In this document: positions 25,190-35,537 of the stretch, one piece after another | Position numbering within the stretch: the first letter of the stretch is position 1 | Layout: every line of letters starts with the position of its first letter | Assembly: GCA_018665965.1 (NCBI GenBank) | Contig: JABJBF010000023.1 | Span: 1 to 64,000 of the forward strand | Length of the DNA stretch: 64,000 bases | Source of the DNA: Candidatus Falkowbacteria bacterium | GTDB lineage: Bacteria; Patescibacteriota; Patescibacteriia; UBA11705; JABHMO01 | Direction: 5' to 3' | The notes under the pieces: model-generated | What the model was told of the DNA's origin: nothing | The model's database searches: none | What the model saw: the letters and a program-made list of their open reading frames with translations, nothing else | Translations under genes and position numbers: made by a program

Positions 25190-27409
25190 TCAAATATTGC
25201 TTACATTGAAAACATGAAGGAGTCCCTTGTCTCCAATTGCGAGGTACTTGCCGTTTGGGCTCCATGAAAGTCTGACAGAATCTGAGACATCTGACTCCAT
25301 AACCAAGACGGCCTTTGTTTGTTGGTCCCTAATATCCATGACAAAGAGAGTATTGTACGAACCTGCTTTTTCATTAAGAGCTGTTTCGTGCTGAGGAGAA
25401 TTTTTATTGATAACAAGATGAGGTTTTTTAGTGGACCAAGTGTTTACATTATAGCCATAAAAGCCAATCGCACCATCTACGAGCTTTTTCTCGTAAATTG
25501 ATCCACTTTTCGCATTTACTGTAAAAATTGTGCCAGACGACAAAGCAATAACTGCTGTTTTGCCGTCTTTTAGCCACCAAAGATCTCTTGGTTCGTCACC
25601 TTTAAACCAGTGGAGTTTATTTCCAGAAGTTGTGTCCCAAATGGAGAAGCTACTTTCTCCGTTTTGTGGCGACTCTGATGAAATTAGATGCCCGCTCGTG
25701 TAGGCGAGTTTATGAATGTCAATCTCTCCTGGGCAAAAAGAATAATAAAGAGACTCGTCATCATCTCGACAAAACTTAAACTCTTTTAGAATTGTTCTGT
25801 CAGAAAGACTGACTTGGATTATTCTTTTTGAGCTTGCAGCAAAGACAGAGGAGTTGTTTACTGGGGTTATCGCGTCAGCTGTGAATGATTGAGTTTTCTT
25901 GGTTTTCGTATTGATAATGTAAATGTGAAAATTTCTACTGTACCCAGCGGATGCTTTAAGGACAATATAATCACCAAACCAACCAAGGAAACTAGCGGCT
26001 TGGGAGCATTCGACTTCCACCCTCCAGAGCTCTTTATCATTTGTTAACGAGTAAATTGCAATCTTGGCGTTTCCTCTTTCCAGTGCACAAGAATGTGAAT
26101 AATAGATTGCAATTTTGGTTTTGCTTTGAGACCAGATCATGTCGGTTATATAGTCGCTGTTATCGTAATTAGATTCAAGCTCATAAGTTGTGCTTTGAGG
26201 AACACCCTTAATAGTCATTTTTGATGAGGTGGTGATAGCCACTGCTTTGCTATCATTTGACCAACGGATGTAACCTGCACCATCACCCCCAGGTCTGTAA
26301 TATGCAATAGAAGTCCAGATAGTGGGTTTGATAATTTTGATGTTAGCAATCGCTGCTGCTGTTTTTTGCTTACTAGCAAGTTCAGCAGCTTTTTCTCGGG
26401 CACGATTTTCAGCTTCGCGTTTCTTATACTCAATTTGTTTTACTACTTCATCAGCTATGCGGTTTTCTTCGGCTGTTATTTGCTGTCTGGCAATTTTTGC
26501 TTGGCGTGTAGCCTCGGCGATTGCTTGTAGTCTGGCAGTCCTCTCTTGACTAGCAGCCTCTTCATCGGCTTGTTTCCTAGCAATTAACGCTTGGCGACGA
26601 GCTTCAGCATTAAGGGCTGCACGAGCCTGGGTATCTGCTAACGCTTTTTCTTTTGCTAGTTTTACCTGACGCTCTCGTTCTAACCGGTCAGCTTCAGCTT
26701 TTTTTTTACGCTCAATTTCCTTTTTTTCTCGCTCACGTTCCTCTTTACGAATATGTTTTTCGTAAATCTCATCAAGAGGAGTAAGCACAGTTTCCTTGTC
26801 TGTGATAACAAGATCTCTGGCTGTCGGTTGGATTCTATTAATTACAAGGTCAAGTTCATCAAGTAGTTTGTCGATTTCATCTTCAGGCATGGTGCTAAAC
26901 ATGGTGATGTCTAGATCAAGTAGTTTTTCAGTTCCTTCTGCGTCGACAATTGCCAGTTTTGTTTTTACTTTTTCCCTATTAGTAATTCCCCAGTAGGCCT
27001 CAGCTTTTTGAATTGCCTCGAGATTATGCTTGATTGAATTACTTGAAATTGCCTGATTGTATTCAACCAAGTTTCTACGGTTACGTTCTTGTTTGATTTC
27101 TTGAACAAAAATAGAAATTTTGTCTTTGTATGTAATAAGTGCGCCAGCCAAGGTTCTTTCTTTTCTTTCGAGTTTTCTGCGAAGATGCTTTACATGTTCA
27201 AGCTTTTCTTCGGAAATTTCTTTTTTTGACTTTGGTGGAGCTTCTTTTTCTTGTGAGAGGGGAGCTGGTTCAGTATTGGAGTTAGGGGAGTTTTTTTCAG
27301 CGACTTCAGGACGAGTTGACTTATTTTTCTTGGCCTTTTTGTCTTTGTTACAAGAACAAGCAAAAATGATAATAATAACAGTAATAATTGTCTTTAGCCA
27401 TCTGGACAT
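25190..27409 (-). CDS. Lipoprotein with shared ~60-aa domain, long K/E/A/R-rich coiled coil and C-terminal beta-propeller (TolB/WD40-like)
   Basis: Lipobox 'IFACSC'. Domain 'LLDLDITMFSTMPEDEIDKLLDELDLVINRIQPTARDLVITDKETVLTPLDEIY'. Beta-propeller-like repeats ('WSPNGKYLAIGD'). Promoter TTGACA-17-TAAGAT and SD 'aaggagg' upstream. Confidence 0.6.
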   Translation of the reverse strand: MSRWLKTIITVIIIIFACSCNKDKKAKKNKSTRPEVAEKNSPNSNTEPAPLSQEKEAPPKSKKEISEEKLEHVKHLRRKLERKERTLAGALITYKDKISIFVQEIKQERNRRNLVEYNQAISSNSIKHNLEAIQKAEAYWGITNREKVKTKLAIVDAEGTEKLLDLDITMFSTMPEDEIDKLLDELDLVINRIQPTARDLVITDKETVLTPLDEIYEKHIRKEEREREKKEIERKKKAEADRLERERQVKLAKEKALADTQARAALNAEARRQALIARKQADEEAASQERTARLQAIAEATRQAKIARQQITAEENRIADEVVKQIEYKKREAENRAREKAAELASKQKTAAAIANIKIIKPTIWTSIAYYRPGGDGAGYIRWSNDSKAVAITTSSKMTIKGVPQSTTYELESNYDNSDYITDMIWSQSKTKIAIYYSHSCALERGNAKIAIYSLTNDKELWRVEVECSQAASFLGWFGDYIVLKASAGYSRNFHIYIINTKTKKTQSFTADAITPVNNSSVFAASSKRIIQVSLSDRTILKEFKFCRDDDESLYYSFCPGEIDIHKLAYTSGHLISSESPQNGESSFSIWDTTSGNKLHWFKGDEPRDLWWLKDGKTAVIALSSGTIFTVNAKSGSIYEKKLVDGAIGFYGYNVNTWSTKKPHLVINKNSPQHETALNEKAGSYNTLFVMDIRDQQTKAVLVMESDVSDSVRLSWSPNGKYLAIGDKGLLHVFNVSNI

Positions 27410-27487
27410 TTGGGCCTCCTTGTCATTTTGTTGTAAAAGTTCATAATCATTGTATCTTACTAATATTTTACGTTATTGTCAATAATA

Positions 27488-27513
27488 AAACCAGCACGGT
27501 GTGGTGCTGGTTT
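27488..27513 (-). terminator. Hairpin terminator (accagcac-ggtgtg-gtgctggt), copy 1
   Basis: 8-bp GC-rich stem followed on the minus strand by a T-run; immediately downstream of the 606-aa lipoprotein gene. Confidence 0.6.
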
Positions 27514-27520
27514 GTGTTAT

Positions 27521-29341
27521 CTACTCATCTTCAAAATACTCATTGTATAGTTTTTCTAATGGTATTTTTTGTGTGTCATTTTCTTTAATCACGAGTTCCT
27601 GGGCGTTTGGTTGAATTTTTGTGATAACCAAGTCCAATTGAGCAATCATCTGGTCCAATTTGTTCTCGTCTAAGCTGTCCAGAATTTTTGCATCAAGCTC
27701 CAGTTGTAATTGAGTGCCTTCAGACTCCACTAAACTTTTGCTAGTAGTTAAAAGCTCATGTTTAATAAAGTCCATGTAGGCCAAAGCTTTTTGCATCGCT
27801 ACAAGATAATTGTTTATCCGGTCATTCTTGACCGCTTCTTTATAGCTTGCAATATTGTTGTGTAGTTTCAAGTCAGTGATTGTTGATTTGTATCTGTCTA
27901 CGTCAGTTTGGAAGGATCGAAGATCATCTGATAGTGATTCTTCCTTTTTTTGTAATTGTTTTATGAGAGAGCGAACAGTGGTTAATTTTTTTACTGTTTC
28001 TTCTTTGATTGTCAGCTGATGTTCTGTATTATTGGAAGTTCTCTTTTTGTTGGCGACGATGATTCTATAAGAAGAGTCAATCTCCCAAATTTCTACAAAG
28101 CCTTCGTCGTCATTCACTTCAGTCGCCAGGGCGAATTGATTGAATTCCGGATTCCAGGCAAAATCATTAATTTTTTCTGAACTTTCATGAAAAGTTAGAT
28201 TCGAATTCAGGTTGTCCCAAAAATAAATTTTATTTTTGGTAATGACTGCTAAAATATTGCCATCTTTGTTCCAGGCAATATCATTACTCATAATATCCAG
28301 TGTTTTTTGGAGTTCCAATTTTTCATTGAACAGTAAAATATTGTTCATGAATTGAACTGCCAGAACATCACCTGATACATTCCATTTTAGGGTCACTGCT
28401 TCACTGCCAGAGTGATTGTAGGTGTAAAGCTGTTTACCTGAGAAACAACTATCCCAAAGACTTAGAATGTTGTCAGAACTTAAAACTGTTATTTTCTTAG
28501 TTCCGGGTTGCCACTCTGCAGCCATAATTTTGTAATCATGACTGCATTGTTTTATGGAACAATGAGGCCCCTTCCCGTCGTCGGCTTGATTGAAAATCTT
28601 TAACAGATTTCCTTTTGTGGACAAGAAAATTGTCATTGCGCCGAGGTGTGTATTTCCTTCTTTTGTTTCTTCTGTTTTTCGCACAGAATAACTTTTTACT
28701 TCATGAAAAAAGTGATTTTTCGAACTAGACTCTATGAAAGTCTCCATCCCTGCACGACTGCTGGAGGAAAAGAAGTATGTCCCATCAAAGTAGATTATTT
28801 TTGAATCGAGAGCGTGGGTGACATATACCTTGAGGTCAGCTGAGATTGTTTGAGCGGAGCCACTTGCTATTTCTTTTAAGTAATGTTTTAGTCTAAGGTC
28901 GTAGACTTTTGACAAGAATCTCACATCGTAATCGTTCTCGTGTTTTTTCTTGCAGTCATTGCAACGTTCATAGTCAGAGTAACGACATTCGCGCTGACAG
29001 CTATATTTAGAAATTTCGTGATCAATAAAGGCTAAGTAACTACCATCAGTACTGAATTTTATGTCGGTGAGTTGCTTGCCATCATGAACAAATTGTCGAG
29101 TTTTGTTTTCAGTGTTCCAGATGAAAGCTGTGTCTCGGTAGTGTCTAGATGCAATTAGTTTTCCATCAGGATGCCAGTCAATTCCATAAACTGCTTGTGT
29201 GTGCTTGAATTTAGCAAGTAGTTTAGCGGAGCTGTTGGGTTTTGAATCTATGACTTCATTTGGCTGTTCATTTTTACTGCAGGTCACCGAGAAGAAAATA
29301 ATAACAAGTAGGAGAACTATTGTATTCAAGTAATGTTTCAT
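27521..29341 (-). CDS. Lipoprotein with N-terminal beta-propeller (TolB/WD40-like), coiled coil and C-terminal shared ~60-aa domain
   Basis: Lipobox 'SVTCSK'. Repeats 'DWHPDGKLIAS', 'FSTDGSYLAF'. C-terminus 'LELDAKILDSLDENKLDQMIAQLDLVITKIQPNAQELVIKENDTQKIPLEKLYNEY'. Confidence 0.6.
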   Translation of the reverse strand: MKHYLNTIVLLLVIIFFSVTCSKNEQPNEVIDSKPNSSAKLLAKFKHTQAVYGIDWHPDGKLIASRHYRDTAFIWNTENKTRQFVHDGKQLTDIKFSTDGSYLAFIDHEISKYSCQRECRYSDYERCNDCKKKHENDYDVRFLSKVYDLRLKHYLKEIASGSAQTISADLKVYVTHALDSKIIYFDGTYFFSSSSRAGMETFIESSSKNHFFHEVKSYSVRKTEETKEGNTHLGAMTIFLSTKGNLLKIFNQADDGKGPHCSIKQCSHDYKIMAAEWQPGTKKITVLSSDNILSLWDSCFSGKQLYTYNHSGSEAVTLKWNVSGDVLAVQFMNNILLFNEKLELQKTLDIMSNDIAWNKDGNILAVITKNKIYFWDNLNSNLTFHESSEKINDFAWNPEFNQFALATEVNDDEGFVEIWEIDSSYRIIVANKKRTSNNTEHQLTIKEETVKKLTTVRSLIKQLQKKEESLSDDLRSFQTDVDRYKSTITDLKLHNNIASYKEAVKNDRINNYLVAMQKALAYMDFIKHELLTTSKSLVESEGTQLQLELDAKILDSLDENKLDQMIAQLDLVITKIQPNAQELVIKENDTQKIPLEKLYNEYFEDE

Positions 29342-29418
29342 TAAGGCCTCCTCAATGGGTTGTTGTCAAAGTCCAATTAGGTTATTTTCCCTTATTTTTT
29401 ATGATTTGTCAATGAAAA

Positions 29419-29444
29419 AACCAGCACGGTGTGGTGCTGGTTTT
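29419..29444 (-). terminator. Hairpin terminator (accagcac-ggtgtg-gtgctggt), copy 2
   Basis: Identical hairpin to 27488-27513; downstream of the 182-aa lipoprotein gene. Confidence 0.6.
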
Positions 29445-29456
29445 GATGAGTTGTTT

Positions 29457-30005
29457 TCAAAGTTCATTGAAAAGTTTTTCTAGTGGCGTTTTGGGTGTGT
29501 TTTCATCATTTAATACCAGGTTATCTGCTGTAGGCTGGATTTTGTCAATCACTAAATTCAATTGCTTAAGTGTTTCTTCCAGGTCGGCATTTTCTATGCT
29601 TTCAAGCATTTCAATGTCAAGCTCAAGTTGCATCTGAATACCATATAATTCAATGGCGGCTTGTTCAGTTTTTTTATCTTCTTCCTTAAGTATTTTTAAA
29701 TATGCTTCAACTTTTTGGTAGGCTGTTAGATGGATCATTAAAGGCTTGTTGTTTTCTGCCTCAGCATAAGACGAAATTCCACGTTTGGATTTAATCCCTT
29801 TGATGGCTTTTTTGAATTCAGTTTTTTTGTCTTTGAACTTTTTTATTGTGTTGTCAATGTTGACATGCTTCTCATGTAGTTTTTCCATTAAGGAAATTAC
29901 AGTTTCATATTTTTCCTTAGTTTCCTTTTTTGCATCTCTTTTGTTGCAGGTGGGTAAACAAAGAAGAAATATTAATGTAAAAAAACATATTGTATGATGT
30001 CGCAT
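29457..30005 (-). CDS. Small lipoprotein with C-terminal shared ~60-aa domain
   Basis: Lipobox 'LCLPTCNK'. C-terminus 'MQLELDIEMLESIENADLEETLKQLNLVIDKIQPTADNLVLNDENTPKTPLEKLFNEL'. Confidence 0.55.
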   Translation of the reverse strand: MRHHTICFFTLIFLLCLPTCNKRDAKKETKEKYETVISLMEKLHEKHVNIDNTIKKFKDKKTEFKKAIKGIKSKRGISSYAEAENNKPLMIHLTAYQKVEAYLKILKEEDKKTEQAAIELYGIQMQLELDIEMLESIENADLEETLKQLNLVIDKIQPTADNLVLNDENTPKTPLEKLFNEL

Positions 30006-30119
30006 GTTTCCCCCTTGTTTTGTTGTTAAAGTTCAATTAGGTTATTTTCCCTTATTTCTAGTTATTTGTCAATGTTTTCTGAATTTAAAAACTCGACAAT
30101 AAGATTGTCGAGTCCACGT

Positions 30120-30890
30120 CTACTTCTGAATAAAATATTTATTCCAAGTGCTTTTGAGATCTGAGGAACCTCTGTTGTAATCATTGATTACGTATTCCTC
30201 TGCTACAGGCTTGATTTTTGTGATGACATTATCAAGCTTTTTAATCAAATCGTCCATTTCTTCTTGATCTGTCGCTTTTAGCATTGTTAGATCAAGGTCA
30301 AGATTAGCCCGTATTCCTTGAAGCTCAACACCCGCTCTGGCAACTGCTCTTTTCTCAGCAGTCACGATTTCGAGATAAGCTTGTGCTTTGGCAATTATCT
30401 TGAGTTTGGTGTTGCTTTCTTGATTCCTTACTGCATCATTGAAGCTCCTGATTTGCCCACGTCTAATGTTACTCTGAATTGTCCCAACATTGCTAGCGAT
30501 TGTTGCTTTGAATTCTGTTTCAGCAACTCCCAGTTTAGTTATTTTTTCGGACAATTTTTCTTGCAGTTCTACTACTTCCTTTCTCTTTTGCTTATACTCA
30601 GAAGCAATTTTGGAATCACCGGTGAGGATGTGACCGTTGCCAGATATTTGAATGATTAAAAGGACAATCATAAAAATAATCACAACTGGAGCAACAAAGA
30701 ACATCAATACTAACTGGACTTTCATCTTATCATCATCTTTTTCTTTTTCTCTTTTTTTTCTTTCTTTTTCTTTCTCTTGTAGAGCATTATTCGCCTTAAT
30801 GTGATCTATATACCGTTGGCGATTTCTTTCTTGCTCAACACTGAACCCCTCTCTGCGTGCTCGGCTTTCATCTGCACTTGTCCAGACCAT
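30120..30890 (-). CDS. Membrane-anchored coiled-coil protein with C-terminal variant of the shared domain
   Basis: Internal TM 'VLMFFVAPVVIIFMIVLLII'. C-terminus 'LQGIRANLDLDLTMLKATDQEEMDDLIKKLDNVITKIKPVAEEYVINDYN'. Terminator hairpin at 30089-30113. Confidence 0.5.
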   Translation of the reverse strand: MVWTSADESRARREGFSVEQERNRQRYIDHIKANNALQEKEKERKKREKEKDDDKMKVQLVLMFFVAPVVIIFMIVLLIIQISGNGHILTGDSKIASEYKQKRKEVVELQEKLSEKITKLGVAETEFKATIASNVGTIQSNIRRGQIRSFNDAVRNQESNTKLKIIAKAQAYLEIVTAEKRAVARAGVELQGIRANLDLDLTMLKATDQEEMDDLIKKLDNVITKIKPVAEEYVINDYNRGSSDLKSTWNKYFIQK

Positions 30891-31023
30891 AACCTCCTCC
30901 TATATAAAGCATTTCTGCTTGTTAACGTTCATTTTTATTAATATAACAATAAAGACCTCTTTTGTCAATAAAGTAATTTTAATTACAATAAATATTATGC
31001 TATAATTAATATATCAAAAAATT

Positions 31024-31278
31024 ATGCATGATCTTCATGTAGCGGACAAAATCCACAAGCTTGTGCTGGAACAAGCGAAAAAAAATAACCTCAAGCAGGT
31101 TAAGAAGATTTTGATTGATTTGGGTTCAGTGATCGAACATGGTGCAGATATTAGTTCTGAAAATTTAGAGTTCAATTTACAGATGTTGAGTAGAAATACA
31201 GTTGCCGAGGGCGCAAAAGTTAAAATTAACAAAGTTGACGGTAGCTCCTGGGAATTGATTTCGATTGCAGGGGATTAA
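31024..31278 (+). CDS. HypA-like protein (hydrogenase nickel-incorporation factor N-terminal domain) lacking the C-terminal zinc-finger cysteines
   Basis: 'MHDLHVADKIHKLVLEQAKKNNLKQVKKILIDLGSV...LEFNLQMLSRNTVAEGAKVKI' aligns with the HypA N-terminal domain (MHE.S.A..I......A......V..V.L.IG......S.L.F.F......VAEGA.L.I). No CxxC pairs. Confidence 0.4.
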   Translation: MHDLHVADKIHKLVLEQAKKNNLKQVKKILIDLGSVIEHGADISSENLEFNLQMLSRNTVAEGAKVKINKVDGSSWELISIAGD

Positions 31279-31287
31279 AATAAAAAA

Positions 31288-32445
31288 ATGAAATTAAAAT
31301 CAATTAAAAACAAAGTTCGGCGAATGCCGGAGGAGGATTTGAAAAATAAACGAATTGTCCTTCGTGTAGATTTTAATGTCCCAATAATTAAAGGCAAGGT
31401 CCAGGATGATTTTAAGATTGAGAGAGCTTTACCTACTATTAAATATTTAATAAAGCAAAAATGTAAAATAGTTTTGATCTCTCATTTTGGAAGACCTGAA
31501 GGTCGACGTGTGAAAAGTCTAAGTTTGGAGCCAGTTTACAAGGTTTTGAAAAAGCAGTTAAAAGGTGTTGATGTCAAATTCAAGTCTGGGACTGCCACAG
31601 TGTTGTTACTTGAAAATGTTCGCTACGATAAAAGAGAAGATGAAAATAACTTAGTGCTTGCGAAGGAATTGGCAAAACTTGGTGATGTTTTTGTAAACGA
31701 GGCGTTTGCTGTTAGTCATCGCAAAACTGCTTCTACTGTTGGAATCACTAAGTTTTTACCAAGTTACGCGGGATTGAATTTTGAGAATGAAGTAAAGTAT
31801 TTAAGTAAGGCATTGAATCCGAAAAAGCCGGCAGTTGCTTTGATTGGCGGAGCAAAAGTAAAAACAAAGTTTGATGTAGTAGAAAACTTTCTAAAAACTT
31901 ATTCGAAAGTTATGGTGGCCGGAGGTGTGGCAAATACATTTTTGTTAGCGAAAGGTTTCAAAATTGGAGATTCTTTGGTTGAAGTGTCAAAAATATCAAA
32001 AGCAAAAAAAATGTTGAATTCAAGAAAAATATTATTACCAAAAGATGTTATTATTTCTGATAAATCAATGCGAAAAATTGTTGTCAAGAAAATCGGAAAA
32101 GATAAGAATTTATGCAATAGAAATGAAATGATTTTAGATATTGGACCTGAAACAATTAAATTATTTTCAAAACATATTCGTGAAGCCAGAACTATTGTGT
32201 GGGGCGGTCCAATGGGCTTGCTGGAAAATAAAAAATTTAGTCATGGCACTATAGCATTAGCTAAATTAATTGGTGCACGGTCATCGGGAAAAAATATTGG
32301 TATTGCTGGAGGTGGCGAAACAACCTTGGCAATTGAAATGTCAGGAATGGGTCGGTATTATGACTTCATTTCTACTGGCGGTGGGGCCATGTTAGAGTTT
32401 TTAGCTGGAAAAAATTTACCAGGTGTTAAATCATTATTAAAATAA
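31288..32445 (+). CDS. pgk: Phosphoglycerate kinase
   Basis: 'RVDFNVP', 'ISHFGRP', 'GGGA' C-terminal motifs; 385 aa. Confidence 0.85.
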   Translation: MKLKSIKNKVRRMPEEDLKNKRIVLRVDFNVPIIKGKVQDDFKIERALPTIKYLIKQKCKIVLISHFGRPEGRRVKSLSLEPVYKVLKKQLKGVDVKFKSGTATVLLLENVRYDKREDENNLVLAKELAKLGDVFVNEAFAVSHRKTASTVGITKFLPSYAGLNFENEVKYLSKALNPKKPAVALIGGAKVKTKFDVVENFLKTYSKVMVAGGVANTFLLAKGFKIGDSLVEVSKISKAKKMLNSRKILLPKDVIISDKSMRKIVVKKIGKDKNLCNRNEMILDIGPETIKLFSKHIREARTIVWGGPMGLLENKKFSHGTIALAKLIGARSSGKNIGIAGGGETTLAIEMSGMGRYYDFISTGGGAMLEFLAGKNLPGVKSLLK

Positions 32446-32449
32446 TATT

Positions 32450-33709
32450 ATGAAAATCAAAAAAGTTTTTGCTCGTGAAATTTTGGACTCTCGTGGTAAT
32501 CCAACTGTGTTAGCACAGGTAGAATTAACTAACGGGATAAAAGCTAGGGCCTTTGTCCCATCCGGAGCTTCTACTGGAATTCATGAAGCATTAGAATTAA
32601 GAGATGGTGACAAAAAAAGATACAACGGGAAGGGCGTATTAAAAGCTGTTAACAATGTAAATAGAAAAATCGCACCTAAGTTAAAAGGTATCAATGTTAC
32701 TCTACAGAAAAAGATTGATCAGTTGATGCTTGATCTTGATGGTACACCGAACAAAGCAAAACTTGGTGCTAATGCAATTTTAGCTGTCTCTTTAGCGTGC
32801 GCTCGAGCAGGCGCTAGAGCAAAGAAAAAACCACTTTATCGTTATATTCGAGAAACTTACAAGCTGAAAGAAAAGGGATGGAAGATGCCATTGCCAACCA
32901 TGAATATTATCAACGGCGGAAAACATGCTGATAATTCAGTCACAGTTCAGGAGTTTATGGTTGTGCCAAAGGCGCCTTCTTTTGCAAAGCGAGTTCGAAT
33001 TGGTGCAGAAGTTTTCCATTCTCTTAAAAAGTTATTAAAAGACGCAGGTTACCAAACGTTGGTTGGTGATGAAGGTGGGTTCGCGCCTAATTTAAAATCA
33101 AATGAAGAGGCTTTTGAATTTATTATAAAAGCAATTAAAAAAGCAGGATATAAACCTGGAAAGGATGCGTTTCTAGCATCTGATTTGGCCTTGTCTGAAT
33201 ATTATGATAAAAAATCCGGAAATTATTCATTGAATGATAAATCCGGAAAGAAAAAAGTTTCAGCAGATGAAGTTATAAAAACTCTTGATAAATGGTTGAA
33301 AAAATATCCAATAATCTCACTTGAAGATCCATTAGATGAGGATGATTGGATTAACTGGATGAAAGCAACTGGTTTTATTGGTTCTCAAGTAACTTTAATT
33401 GGCGATGATTTGTTTGTTACAAATGTTGAACGTCTGCAAAAGGGGATAGATATGGGAGTTGGTAATGGGATTTTAATCAAGCTAAATCAGATTGGTAGTT
33501 TAACAGAGACCATTAATGCAATTTACTTAGCAAAAAAACATAAGTATAAAGTTAGCATTTCACATCGATCAGGTGAAACTTGTGATACCTTTATTGCTGA
33601 TTTGGCAGTTGCGGTTAATGCAGATTTTATCAAAACCGGATCTTTGTCTCGCAGTGAGCGAGTGGCTAAGTATAATCGTTTAATGTCGATTGAATTAGAC
33701 TTAAAATAA
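32450..33709 (+). CDS. eno: Enolase
   Basis: 'SHRSGETCD' signature and '[12 protein letters not shown]'; 419 aa. Confidence 0.9.
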   Translation: MKIKKVFAREILDSRGNPTVLAQVELTNGIKARAFVPSGASTGIHEALELRDGDKKRYNGKGVLKAVNNVNRKIAPKLKGINVTLQKKIDQLMLDLDGTPNKAKLGANAILAVSLACARAGARAKKKPLYRYIRETYKLKEKGWKMPLPTMNIINGGKHADNSVTVQEFMVVPKAPSFAKRVRIGAEVFHSLKKLLKDAGYQTLVGDEGGFAPNLKSNEEAFEFIIKAIKKAGYKPGKDAFLASDLALSEYYDKKSGNYSLNDKSGKKKVSADEVIKTLDKWLKKYPIISLEDPLDEDDWINWMKATGFIGSQVTLIGDDLFVTNVERLQKGIDMGVGNGILIKLNQIGSLTETINAIYLAKKHKYKVSISHRSGETCDTFIADLAVAVNADFIKTGSLSRSERVAKYNRLMSIELDLK

Positions 33710-33730
33710 TTAATAAGTTCCAAAAAAAAT

Positions 33731-33976
33731 ATGAATACAGAGATGGAAATACCAAGAACAGTTGAAGGAAAAGAGGGAGTTACTTTAGATGTTTTAGTTG
33801 AAAAAGCTAAAGCCTTGGTGATGGAAAAAATGACGATGTTAAAAGAAGCTTTGAGAGCATCAGAAAGTGCCAGACACAGGGCGATTGATGAACTAAAAAA
33901 GACGAATCCGGAAGCTGCTGAACAAATTGAAGAAGATTTTATTAATACCATCAGTGGTTTTGATTCACAAATGTAA
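33731..33976 (+). CDS. Small hypothetical protein
   Basis: 81-aa ORF between eno and gpmI; helical, charged. Confidence 0.35.
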   Translation: MNTEMEIPRTVEGKEGVTLDVLVEKAKALVMEKMTMLKEALRASESARHRAIDELKKTNPEAAEQIEEDFINTISGFDSQM

Positions 33977-33985
33977 GATTATTCT

Positions 33986-35530
33986 ATGGGACCTGTAGTA
34001 TTATTAATTCTAGATGGATGGGGAATTGCACCAAAAAGCAAAGGCAATGCAATTGAGTTGGCGAAAAAGCCAAACTTTGATTTGCTTTGGAAAAAGTATC
34101 CGCATACAGAATTAAAAGCTCATGGTCTTAATGTTGGTTTACCAAAACATTATGTTGGGAATTCTGAGGCTGGGCATATTAATATAGGCGCAGGAAGAGT
34201 TGTCAAAGACGACGCAGTTGAGATTTCCGAAGACATTTTGAATGGACGATTTAAGAAAAATTCAGCTTTAAATCAAACAATTGAAGTAGTCAAAAAAAAT
34301 AAATCAGCCTTGCACTTGATGGGAATGGTTTCAGATGGAGAAAGTCCACATTCATCTTTGGATCATTTGTATTCTTTGGTTGATTTAGCTTACAGTAAAG
34401 GGCTTCGGAAAATATATTTACACTTGTTTACGGATGGGCGTGATGCGCCGCAGTTTCATGCTTTGAAAATTGTTGATGAAGTATTGAAAAATGTTTACGG
34501 TAAAGCTGTAATTGTTAGTTTGATTGGTAGGTTTTATGCTATGGATCGAGGTAAAAACTGGAAACGAACTCAAAAAGCTTACGACTGCATGACTATTGGA
34601 AAAGGAGCATTTTTTAATGATTATCGTGATGCGATCGTACATGCTTATAATCAAAAGCAAACGGATGAGTTTATCGAGCCGTGTGTTATTGGTAAAGACA
34701 AAAAGCAGACAGAAAAGACTAGAATAAAAGAAAAAGATGGAGTGATATTTTTCAATGCGCGTTCTGATCGCTCCAGGCAGTTGAGCAAATGTTTTGTTCA
34801 ACATGATTTTAATAGAATGAATAAAGGTGCTTTTCGTCGATCTAAAGTATACAAAGGGTTGGAGTTTTGTGCTTTAACTGATTTTGGCCCAGATTTAGAT
34901 CATATTTTAACTGCCTATCCTGCTGCTGAATTAAATGCAACTTTGCCAATAATTTTGGATGACAAAAAACAGCTTTATATTGCAGAAACAGAAAAATATG
35001 CCCATGTTACTTACTTTATGAATGGAGGTTCAGCTGATCCGGTAAACGGTGAAGCAAGGCTTAAAATTAATTCACCTCGAGTGAAAAGTTATGCACTTAA
35101 ACCTGAAATGAGTGTTTACAAAATAACTAACAAAGTAAAACAATTTATTGAAAGAAAAAAATTCGATTTCTTTGCAATTAATTTTGCTAATCCAGACATG
35201 ATAGGTCATACGGGTAATTTGAAGGCAGTCGTGGAGGCAGTCAACCATGTAGATAAATGTATTGGTGAATTGACTAAGCTAGTATTAAAAAATAAAGGTG
35301 TTATAATTATAACTGCTGACCATGGTAATGCTGAAAAAATGATTGATTTAAAAACAAATGAGATTTGGACTGGGCATACTACTAATCCAGTCCCGTTTGT
35401 TCTAGTTTCTGATGAACACAAGGGGGTTAAATTAAGAAAAGGTATTCTAGGTGATATTGCGCCAACAGTATATGATTTATATAATCAAGAAAATATTTCA
35501 AAAAAAATAAAAAAATCTCTAATAAAATAA
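33986..35530 (+). CDS. gpmI: 2,3-bisphosphoglycerate-independent phosphoglycerate mutase, copy 1
   Basis: 'LLILDGWGIAP', 'GNSEAGHINIGAGR' (Ser nucleophile), 'ADHGN'; 514 aa. Confidence 0.8.
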   Translation: MGPVVLLILDGWGIAPKSKGNAIELAKKPNFDLLWKKYPHTELKAHGLNVGLPKHYVGNSEAGHINIGAGRVVKDDAVEISEDILNGRFKKNSALNQTIEVVKKNKSALHLMGMVSDGESPHSSLDHLYSLVDLAYSKGLRKIYLHLFTDGRDAPQFHALKIVDEVLKNVYGKAVIVSLIGRFYAMDRGKNWKRTQKAYDCMTIGKGAFFNDYRDAIVHAYNQKQTDEFIEPCVIGKDKKQTEKTRIKEKDGVIFFNARSDRSRQLSKCFVQHDFNRMNKGAFRRSKVYKGLEFCALTDFGPDLDHILTAYPAAELNATLPIILDDKKQLYIAETEKYAHVTYFMNGGSADPVNGEARLKINSPRVKSYALKPEMSVYKITNKVKQFIERKKFDFFAINFANPDMIGHTGNLKAVVEAVNHVDKCIGELTKLVLKNKGVIIITADHGNAEKMIDLKTNEIWTGHTTNPVPFVLVSDEHKGVKLRKGILGDIAPTVYDLYNQENISKKIKKSLIK

Positions 35531-35537
35531 ACAAAAT

